A DNA stretch of 64,000 nt. Source: Candidatus Omnitrophota bacterium. Lineage in GTDB: Bacteria; Omnitrophota; Gorgyraeia; Gygaellales; Profunditerraquicolaceae. Positions within the stretch are counted from its first letter, which is position 1; each line of letters starts with the position of its first letter. The notes under the pieces are model-generated. The model ran no database searches. It was given only the letters and a program-made list of their open reading frames with translations, and had not been told where the DNA came from. The DNA lies in assembly GCA_026387335.1 (NCBI GenBank), contig JAPLLX010000001.1, forward strand, positions 170,620-234,619. The letters run 5' to 3'. Made by a program: the position numbers and the translations under genes. Shown here one piece after another: positions 56,796 to 64,000 of this stretch.

Positions 56796-57851
56796 ATGAA
56801 TATACTCGTAATTAATAGCGGAAGTTCATCCATAAAATATAAGCTCTTTAAGATGCCCCAGAAAAAACTTTTAACTAAGGGCGTAATCGAGCATATTGGC
56901 GAAGAGGGCTCGGATATCCAGGATCACTATACCGGACTAAAGCTTATTTTAAGTAAAGTTAATTCCGTTGACGCTGTGGGGCATAGGGTAGTTCACGGAG
57001 CAGAGAGTTTTAAGAAACCGGCGTTAATTAATCCTTTGGTTATTAGAAAAATCCGGCAGTGTTGCGCCATAGCGCCGTTGCATAATCCGGCAAACCTGGC
57101 CGGGATACTTGCCTGCAATAAGTTACTGGCAGGCATAAAACAGGTCGCGGTATTTGATACCGCCTTCCACCAAAGCCTTCCGGATTACGCTTATATTTAC
57201 GGACTCCCTTATGAATATTATACTAAGCTTTGTATACGCAAATACGGTTTTCACGGAACCAGCCATGAATATGTGGCCCACGAAGCCGCGCGCCTATTAA
57301 AGTCGCCCATAAATAAATTAAAATTAATCACCTGTCATTTAGGTAATGGCAGTAGTATTACCGCTGTAGATAGAGGCAAATCCATAGATACGAGTATGGG
57401 TTTTACTCCTTTAGAAGGCCTGGTTATGGGGACGCGCTGCGGAGACGTGGATCCGGCCTTAATTACCCATATCATGAAAAAGAAAAAACTGGATATTGCC
57501 GCAATGAATACTTTGTTAAACCGGGAAAGCGGGCTTAAGGGGATATCCGGCATAAGCAATGATGTGCGTATTTTGGAAGAAAAGTCTAAGCTGGGGAATA
57601 AACGCGCGAGGCTGGCGCTAGAAATATTTATTTATCGCATCAAAAAATATATTGGCGCTTATACGGGAATTATGTCCGGCTGCGATGCCCTTGTTTTTAC
57701 CGGTGGTATCGGAGAAAACCAGAAGAGGGTAAGGGGAAAAATTATCCGGGGCCTCTTTAGCCACCTGAAGAAAAAGCCCAAAATACTTATTATTCCGACT
57801 AATGAAGAGCTAATGATAGCTAAACAGACTTATTTGTTGATCAATGGTTAA
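56796..57851 (+). CDS. ackA: acetate kinase
   Basis: ILVINSGSSSIKYKLF ... HLGNGSSITA. Confidence 0.85.
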   Translation: MNILVINSGSSSIKYKLFKMPQKKLLTKGVIEHIGEEGSDIQDHYTGLKLILSKVNSVDAVGHRVVHGAESFKKPALINPLVIRKIRQCCAIAPLHNPANLAGILACNKLLAGIKQVAVFDTAFHQSLPDYAYIYGLPYEYYTKLCIRKYGFHGTSHEYVAHEAARLLKSPINKLKLITCHLGNGSSITAVDRGKSIDTSMGFTPLEGLVMGTRCGDVDPALITHIMKKKKLDIAAMNTLLNRESGLKGISGISNDVRILEEKSKLGNKRARLALEIFIYRIKKYIGAYTGIMSGCDALVFTGGIGENQKRVRGKIIRGLFSHLKKKPKILIIPTNEELMIAKQTYLLING

Positions 57852-57933
57852 AGCGCTAAAGCGGTATGGAATAGTTTTGTTTATTTTAAGCTTAGGCTGC
57901 GTAATTTCCGGCTACGCCAAGGAGGTGGGTCAC

Positions 57934-58443
57934 ATGAAAAAAGCGGTCATGATTATTGCCCACGACGGTTTTCGCGACGAGGAGTTACTGGATACTAAAG
58001 CAGTTTTAGAAAAAAATGGCGTAGAAGTCCAGGTCGCTTCAACCGCACTTGGCTTGGCCAGGGGTAAACTGGGGGCGCAGGTGAGCCCCGATATGCTATT
58101 TAACGCTATAAAGGTAAAAGATTTTGACGCCATTATATTTGTAGGCGGCCCGGGCGCGCTGGATTATTGGAATAACGCTTTAGCGCATAAACTGCTTAAG
58201 GAGTCTGTTTCTTTAGGCAAAGTCACTGCCGGGATTTGCAGCGCGGTCGTTACCTTGGCCAAGTCAGGAATACTTAAAGAAAAGCGGGCAACGGTTTTTC
58301 CCGGGGATTTTCAGGAGCTAATTGATAATGGAGCAAAATATACCGCCAGCCACGTAGAGATAGATGGCGATATTATAACGGCTGACGGGCCTTATGCCGC
58401 TAAAGATTTTGGAGAGGCAATTGTTAAGGCGTTAAAAAAATGA
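57934..58443 (+). CDS. DJ-1/PfpI-family protein
   Basis: ATG 57934 is preceded by GGAGGTGGG. GICSAV nucleophile-elbow-like motif. The extension back to 57844 overlaps ackA and is not preferred. Confidence 0.7.
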   Translation: MKKAVMIIAHDGFRDEELLDTKAVLEKNGVEVQVASTALGLARGKLGAQVSPDMLFNAIKVKDFDAIIFVGGPGALDYWNNALAHKLLKESVSLGKVTAGICSAVVTLAKSGILKEKRATVFPGDFQELIDNGAKYTASHVEIDGDIITADGPYAAKDFGEAIVKALKK

Positions 58444-58447
58444 CAAT

Positions 58448-58522
58448 AGGGACGGTTCTCAACTCAAAGCTAAAGTGTCCCCTAACAGGGGACACTTTGA
58501 GATTGGCTTGAGAACCGTCCCT
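58448..58522. repeat. nested palindromic element (15-bp outer stem AGGGACGGTTCTCAA/TTGAGAACCGTCCCT enclosing a 12-bp inner hairpin AAAGTGTCCCCT/AGGGGACACTTT); shares the AATAGGGAC start with the other hairpin elements
   Basis: Read directly. Intergenic between the DJ-1 gene and panD. Confidence 0.7.
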
Positions 58523-58541
58523 GACTGACGAGGAGAATAAA

Positions 58542-58892
58542 ATGTTAAGGACAGTTTTAAAATCTAAAATTCACCGGGCTATAGTCACTGAAGCAAATCT
58601 TTATTATGAGGGCAGCATCACTATTGATAGCAAGTTAATGCGGGCGGCGGATATTCTGGAGCATGAAAAGGTCGAGGTTTTAAATCTGAATAATGGCCAG
58701 CGCCTGGAAACTTACGCTATTAAAGGAAAACCGGGAAGCGGAGTAGTCTGCCTTAATGGTCCTGCAGCCCGCGGAGCCTGCAGCGGCGATACAGTGGTTA
58801 TACTTACTTATGTCAGCGCTGAAGATAAAGAAGCAATAAAAATAAAACCCAAAATAATTAAAGTAGATGAAAAAAACCGGATTAAGAGTTAG
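58542..58892 (+). CDS. panD: aspartate 1-decarboxylase
   Basis: [38 protein letters not shown]. Confidence 0.9.
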   Translation: MLRTVLKSKIHRAIVTEANLYYEGSITIDSKLMRAADILEHEKVEVLNLNNGQRLETYAIKGKPGSGVVCLNGPAARGACSGDTVVILTYVSAEDKEAIKIKPKIIKVDEKNRIKS

Positions 58893-59415
58893 AAAATTTG
58901 GAGATTTGGTTTTAAGAAAAAAGTCAGTTCCGGTAAAAAAGATCACCCCTGAGCATGGCGAGTTCTTAAGTAAAATGGCCCAGCTTATGTATGAGGATGA
59001 AGGCGTAGGGTTAGCCGCGCCTCAGGCAGGGTTAAATCAGGCCATGATTGTGGTGGATATAGGAAAAGGGCTGTATAAATTAATCAATCCCAAGATTACT
59101 AAACAGCAGGGTGCGCAGGTAAATAAAGAGGGTTGCCTAAGTGTCCCCGGGGTATGCATTAATGTAAGGCGCGCGAAGAGAATTAAATTAGAGGCTCTCG
59201 ATGAAAGCGGCCAGCCCTTAAATATTGAAGCTGAAGGGTTGCTCGCCTGCGTCTTTCAGCATGAAATTGACCACCTGCGCGGAAAACTTATCGTGGATTA
59301 CGCGTCATTATTAGAAAAGATTAAATTCGCTAAAATCCTTAAGGAATTAAAAAAGCACGCTAAAGATGAAAAGTTGCCTGAATCAAAAACAGAATCTTGC
59401 AGTCTGCAATTGTAG
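58867..59415 (+). CDS. def: peptide deformylase
   Basis: EGCLSVPG and QHEIDHLRG metal-binding motifs. Confidence 0.85.
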   Translation: MKKTGLRVRKFGDLVLRKKSVPVKKITPEHGEFLSKMAQLMYEDEGVGLAAPQAGLNQAMIVVDIGKGLYKLINPKITKQQGAQVNKEGCLSVPGVCINVRRAKRIKLEALDESGQPLNIEAEGLLACVFQHEIDHLRGKLIVDYASLLEKIKFAKILKELKKHAKDEKLPESKTESCSLQL

Positions 59416-59424
59416 TTCTTACCG

Positions 59425-60279
59425 ATGAATCGCCTACCTTCCTGGTTAAAACAGGATATTCCGGACGACTTTGCTCGCGCTACAGCCGATAATATCCGTA
59501 AGTTAAAGTTAGATACTGTCTGTCAGGAGGCAAGGTGTCCGAATATAAATGATTGTTTCAGCCGCAAGCATGTTACTTTTATGATCCTGGGAAAATCCTG
59601 CACCAGGAATTGCAAGTTCTGTAATATTTCCGGGGACACTTTACGCTTGTTTCCAGAACCGTCCCTAGATGAACCTAAACGAATCGCAGAAGCAGTAAAG
59701 GTTTTAGGATTAAAATATGTGGTAATAACTTCGGTAACCCGGGATGATTTAAGCGACGGAGGTTCTGGCCAATTTATTAAGACAATAGAGGCAATACGCG
59801 GATTAGACGGCGGTATCCGGATCGAAGTCTTAATCCCGGATTTTCTGGGGAAACTTGAAAGTTTAAATTCTATCGTTAAGGCCGCTCCGTTTGTTTTGGC
59901 CCATAATCTTGAGACAATCCGCAGATTATATAGTATAATAAGGCCCCAGGCAGATTATGCTCGTTCATTAATGCTGTTGAAAAAAGCAAAAGAAATTAAC
60001 TGTAATCTTACTACCAAGTCTTCGCTTATGCTTGGCTTGGGTGAGACAGAAGAGGAAGTAGTGGCTTCCTTAAAAGATTTGCGTAACTGCGGCTGCGCTA
60101 GCCTAACTTTAGGCCAGTACCTTGCGCCATCTGCTCAACATTACCCGGTAATAGAATTTGTTCCTCCGGAGCAATTCCGGAAATACGCGGATATTGCCAA
60201 AGGATTAGGCTTTCAGAATGTTTTATCCGCCCCGAAAGTGAGAAGTTCTTATCGGGCAGGAGAATTAAGCTATGCATGA
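59425..60279 (+). CDS. lipA: lipoyl synthase
   Basis: CPNINDC and CTRNCKFC cluster motifs. Confidence 0.9.
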   Translation: MNRLPSWLKQDIPDDFARATADNIRKLKLDTVCQEARCPNINDCFSRKHVTFMILGKSCTRNCKFCNISGDTLRLFPEPSLDEPKRIAEAVKVLGLKYVVITSVTRDDLSDGGSGQFIKTIEAIRGLDGGIRIEVLIPDFLGKLESLNSIVKAAPFVLAHNLETIRRLYSIIRPQADYARSLMLLKKAKEINCNLTTKSSLMLGLGETEEEVVASLKDLRNCGCASLTLGQYLAPSAQHYPVIEFVPPEQFRKYADIAKGLGFQNVLSAPKVRSSYRAGELSYA

Positions 60280-61183
60280 TTTAATAATTATCGGAGCCGG
60301 CCCGGCAGGCCTGACCGCGGCTTTATATGCCGGAAGGTTTAAACTGGATACTCTGATCTTTGAGAAAATGTCGGCGGGTGGGCAAATCTTACTTTCTCCG
60401 ACCATCGAAAACTACCCCGGGTTTCCCGAGGGGATCTCTACTTTTAGCCTGGTGGATAAATTTAAAAAACAGGTGGAAGATTTAGGTTTACGGATAGAAG
60501 AAAAAGAGGTAGTAGAGATTATTCCTGAGGACAAGTTTTATCAGGTTAAAACAACAGACGGTATTTTCCAAACCAAGGCAATTGTCATCGCCAGCGGAGC
60601 GTGTTCTAAAAGATTGGATGTCAAAGGCGAAAATGAATTTATCGGCCGCGGTGTTTCTTACTGCGGGACTTGCGACGGGCCTCTTTTTAAGAATAAAGAT
60701 ATCGTGGTGGTTGGCGCCGGGGACCGGGCAGTTGAAGACGCTATTTTTCTGGCTAGTTACGCCAAATCCATACACCTGGTGCACCGCCGGTCAGAATTCC
60801 GGGCGGCAAAAATTTTAGTAGAGAGGCTTAAAGGAAATCCTAAAGTAAGATTTGTATTAGATAGCGTAGTGGAAGAGATTACCGGCAGTAATAAGGTAAA
60901 TGCGGTTAAGGTTAAAAATATTAAGACGCTTGAAGAGTCAGTGATCAACTGTGACGGAGTTTTTATATTCGTGGGCATAATCCCGGAAACCGGCTTTACA
61001 AAAAATATATTGGAAAAAGATGAATTAGGGTTTATAATTACAGCTTCAGAAATGCGCACTTCCCGGGAAGGTATATTTGCCTGCGGTGATTGCATAAGAA
61101 AAACTTTATACCAGGTCATCAATGCCTGCGGCGACGCCGCTACTGCCGTAGATTCAGCGCATAAGTACCTGTTAAAACTATGA
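60272..61183 (+). CDS. trxB: thioredoxin-disulfide reductase
   Basis: IIGAGPAGLTAALYAGR, redox-active CGTC, and GDRAVEDA. Confidence 0.85.
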   Translation: MHDLIIIGAGPAGLTAALYAGRFKLDTLIFEKMSAGGQILLSPTIENYPGFPEGISTFSLVDKFKKQVEDLGLRIEEKEVVEIIPEDKFYQVKTTDGIFQTKAIVIASGACSKRLDVKGENEFIGRGVSYCGTCDGPLFKNKDIVVVGAGDRAVEDAIFLASYAKSIHLVHRRSEFRAAKILVERLKGNPKVRFVLDSVVEEITGSNKVNAVKVKNIKTLEESVINCDGVFIFVGIIPETGFTKNILEKDELGFIITASEMRTSREGIFACGDCIRKTLYQVINACGDAATAVDSAHKYLLKL

Positions 61184-62970
61184 AAAAATTCCCCACACAT
61201 AATAAGAAACTAAGAGATTGGGTGGCCAAGATGGCCAAGCTTTGCCAGCCGCTGGATATTGTTTGGATTAATGGAACAGACGCCCAGAAGTTAATTTTAG
61301 AGAAAGAGGCTATTGAGTCAGGCGAGTTGATCCAATTGAATAAAGAGAAGCATCCTGACTCTTTCCTGCATCGCACAGCCATTGATGATGTTGCCCGCAC
61401 CGAGCATCTCACTTTTATCTGCACCAAAAAGAAAGCAGACGCCGGACCGAATAATAACTGGATGGCCCCAACTGCCGCCTATAGGAAGGCCAAGGCTATA
61501 TTTAAAGGCTCTATGCGGGGCAGGATAATGTATGTTATTCCTTTTTCTATGGGCCCGGTCGGTTCAAGGTTCTCTAAGATCGGGGTTGAACTTACGGATT
61601 CGCGTTATGTAGTCCTAAATATGCTCATTATGACCCGCGCCGGCGAGGCAGTTTTAAGGCAGTTGGAGAAGGAAGATAATTTTACCAAGTGTTTGCATTC
61701 TAAGGCCGAGTTGGATATTAATAAAAGGCTGATTTTACATTTTCCCGAAGATAATACTATTTGGAGTGTGGGTTCAGGTTACGGCGGAAATGTCCTCCTG
61801 GGGAAAAAATGTTTGTCTTTGCGTATCGCTAGTTTCCTGGCCCGGCGCGAGCACTGGCTGGCAGAACATATGCTGATCATGGGTATTGAAGAGCCCAACG
61901 GCCATATTGAATATATTGCCGCGGCTTTCCCCAGCGCTTGTGGCAAGACGAATTTAGCCATGCTTGTCCCTCCGGAAGGCCTGAAAGTGAAAGGCTACCG
62001 GATCTGGACAGTCGGAGACGATATTGCCTGGATGCGCGTGGATTCTGATGGCGCGCTTTGGGCGATCAATCCGGAGTCCGGGTTTTTTGGCGTCGCTCCC
62101 AACACAAATTCCGAAACTAACCCGAATATGGTCGCTACAATAAAGAAGGGGGCAATTTTTACCAATGTCCTGCTTAAACCGGATAAGACTGTCTGGTGGG
62201 AAGGCGCCGACGGCGAGATTCCGGCTAACGGTATTGACTGGCAGGGCCGGGCTTGGAAGCCGGGCTTGAAAGATGCTACTGGTAAGCCTATTCTGGGAGC
62301 GCATCCCAATAGCAGATTTACTGTTCCGATCATTAATTGTCCTTCAGCCTCGTTTCGCTTAGAGCAGCATCACGGGGTTCCCATATCCGCGATTATCTTT
62401 GGCGGCCGCAGGCAACAGGTGGCGCCGCTGGTTTATGAAACATTTAACTGGCAGCATGGCGTCTTTGCCGGGGCGACTATGGCCTCTGAACGCACAGCAG
62501 CTCAGGTGGGAGAACTGGGAGAGGTGCGTAGAGATCCCCTGGCCATGCTTCCGTTCTGCGGTTACAATATGGCGTATTATTTCAGGCATTGGCTGGATAT
62601 GGGTAAGCGTATGCCTAAGGCTCCGAAGATATTCCATGTCAATTGGTTTCGGACTGATGATAAAGGGAAATTTTTGTGGCCCGGTTTCACCGAGAATTTA
62701 AGGGTCCTGGAATGGATACTCGACCGTTGCAACAATAGAGTAGAGGCATTTAAAACTCCCATAGGCTATGTGCCGTATCCGGCGGATATTGATATGACCG
62801 GGCTTAATCTTTCAGGAGGGACGCTGGAAAAATTATTAGAAGTCCGTAAAACTGACTGGCTGGAAGAATTAAAAGGGATCAAAAAATTCTTTTCACAGTT
62901 CAAGCAGGATTTACCTGCGGAATTATGGCAGGAATACACCGCGCTGGCTAGCCGCCTTAAGACCTCATGA
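61180..62970 (+). CDS. pckG: phosphoenolpyruvate carboxykinase (GTP)
   Basis: FPSACGKTNLAML kinase-1a P-loop. 596 aa. Confidence 0.9.
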   Translation: MKKFPTHNKKLRDWVAKMAKLCQPLDIVWINGTDAQKLILEKEAIESGELIQLNKEKHPDSFLHRTAIDDVARTEHLTFICTKKKADAGPNNNWMAPTAAYRKAKAIFKGSMRGRIMYVIPFSMGPVGSRFSKIGVELTDSRYVVLNMLIMTRAGEAVLRQLEKEDNFTKCLHSKAELDINKRLILHFPEDNTIWSVGSGYGGNVLLGKKCLSLRIASFLARREHWLAEHMLIMGIEEPNGHIEYIAAAFPSACGKTNLAMLVPPEGLKVKGYRIWTVGDDIAWMRVDSDGALWAINPESGFFGVAPNTNSETNPNMVATIKKGAIFTNVLLKPDKTVWWEGADGEIPANGIDWQGRAWKPGLKDATGKPILGAHPNSRFTVPIINCPSASFRLEQHHGVPISAIIFGGRRQQVAPLVYETFNWQHGVFAGATMASERTAAQVGELGEVRRDPLAMLPFCGYNMAYYFRHWLDMGKRMPKAPKIFHVNWFRTDDKGKFLWPGFTENLRVLEWILDRCNNRVEAFKTPIGYVPYPADIDMTGLNLSGGTLEKLLEVRKTDWLEELKGIKKFFSQFKQDLPAELWQEYTALASRLKTS

Positions 62971-63860
62971 CTAAAAATACGCTCTTAAATACTGATTTTA
63001 AGGATTTAAAGTTATTCCGCAAGGGTAAGGTCAGGGATGTTTATGATTTAGGCGATAAACTGTTGATTGTTTCAACAGACAGGATATCCTGTTTTGATGT
63101 GGTTTTGCCCTGCGCTATACCGCAAAAAGGAGAGGTTTTATCCAGCCTTTCCTGTTTCTGGTTTTCCTTCCTGAAAGATCTAATCCCCAATCATTTTATT
63201 ACTGCCGATATAAATGAATATCCTCAAGAACTAAAGAAATACAAAAGTGTATTAACCGGCCGCTCAATGCTGGTACTAAATTGCAAACCGCTTCCCGTAG
63301 AATGCATTGTCAGGGGTTATCTTTCGGGTTCCGGATGGAAGGAGTATCAAAAAGAGCAGGCGGTCTGCGGGATAAAGCTTCCGGCCGGGTTAAAAGAATC
63401 CGCTAAGCTTCCCCTTACGCTATTTACGCCTTCCACTAAAGCGGATGTAGGCCATGACCAGAATGTCAATCAGGGAGAGATAGAAAAGTTAATCGGCAAA
63501 GAAATAACCGCTAAAATATCTAAAGCCAGCCTAGACATTTATGAAAAAGCCAGCGCCTACGCTTTAAAGAGAGGCATAGTTATTGCCGATACAAAATTTG
63601 AATTTGGGTTCTCTAACGGTAAGGTTATTTTAATTGATGAAGTATTGACCCCGGATTCATCGCGTTTTTGGCCGTTGGATCAGTATAATGAGGGCCGGTC
63701 CCAGCCAAGTTTTGATAAGCAATTCGTCCGTGACTATCTGGAAACATTGGACTGGAATAAGACTCCTCCGGCCCCGGATTTACCCGCGGATATAATCGCT
63801 AAAACCACCCAGAAATACTTAGAGGTTTACCGGAAATTAACCGGTAATGAACTTAAATAA
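62967..63860 (+). CDS. purC: phosphoribosylaminoimidazole-succinocarboxamide synthase
   Basis: GKVRDVYDLGDKLLIVSTDRISCFD. Confidence 0.9.
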   Translation: MTKNTLLNTDFKDLKLFRKGKVRDVYDLGDKLLIVSTDRISCFDVVLPCAIPQKGEVLSSLSCFWFSFLKDLIPNHFITADINEYPQELKKYKSVLTGRSMLVLNCKPLPVECIVRGYLSGSGWKEYQKEQAVCGIKLPAGLKESAKLPLTLFTPSTKADVGHDQNVNQGEIEKLIGKEITAKISKASLDIYEKASAYALKRGIVIADTKFEFGFSNGKVILIDEVLTPDSSRFWPLDQYNEGRSQPSFDKQFVRDYLETLDWNKTPPAPDLPADIIAKTTQKYLEVYRKLTGNELK

Positions 63861-64000
63861 TGAAAATCATTAAGAAAATATTTTCCATATTATTAAGAGT
63901 TGGGATAAGTATAATTTTGTTAGTCTTATTGTTCAGGCAGGCTGACGAGAAGAGCCTTTTAGCGGTTATTAAGGGTATTCATAAACCGCTTTTAGGTTTA
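63860..64000 (+). CDS. membrane protein, 5' fragment (continues past window end)
   Basis: The ATG overlaps the purC TAA. Hydrophobic N-terminus ISIILLVLLF. Confidence 0.4.
   Translation, partial: MKIIKKIFSILLRVGISIILLVLLFRQADEKSLLAVIKGIHKPLLGL

Overview
This is a low-GC (~38-40%) bacterial window, likely from an uncultured or candidate-phylum lineage. All ~63 supported genes lie on the + strand with tight start/stop overlaps, so the window reads as a series of long operons. Positions 1-40248 form one very large surface-glycan locus of roughly 40 kb. It contains the core enzymes of a lipid-linked glycan assembly line: a WbaP-like initiating phosphoglycosyltransferase, a WecG/TagA GT26, several GT2s, two Wzy/O-antigen-ligase-like proteins, a GtrB-like GT2 paired with a GT-C membrane protein, and a GT28. 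It has a heptose branch (GmhB, two GT9 heptosyltransferases) and ManC. It has a complete CDP-3,6-dideoxyhexose branch: RfbF/DdhA, RfbG/DdhB, and an unambiguous E1 dehydrase DdhC. That branch is joined to a YerE-like TPP-dependent branching enzyme and an SDR reductase, which points to a yersiniose-like branched sugar. A second TPP system (a split transketolase with a paralogous SDR) is also present. The locus also carries three cobalamin-binding radical SAM enzymes, three SAM methyltransferases, a carbamoyltransferase and a DegT aminotransferase. Two nucleotidyltransferase-type toxin-antitoxin-like modules are embedded in the operon. One is AbiEi/AbiEii-like. Each sits behind a TTGACA-17-TATA promoter that overlaps a long palindromic operator. 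Downstream are priA, a Met/Pro-rich mini-ORF that exactly bridges priA and fmt, fmt, and tandem GalT-like paralogs (the first lacks the catalytic His). gapA follows, then a membrane/spermidine-synthase fusion flanked by copies of a 24-bp terminal-inverted-repeat hairpin element. Next is an ECF sigma / ZAS anti-sigma / CHAT-protease-TPR signalling module. It is followed by a GC-rich island carrying a strong c-di-GMP-I (GEMM) riboswitch candidate with a terminator expression platform and a small basic ORF. Then come a secreted BNR/Asp-box beta-propeller protein behind a structured leader, and housekeeping genes: trxA, a split pta, ackA, a DJ-1/PfpI protein, panD, def, lipA, trxB, pckG and purC.
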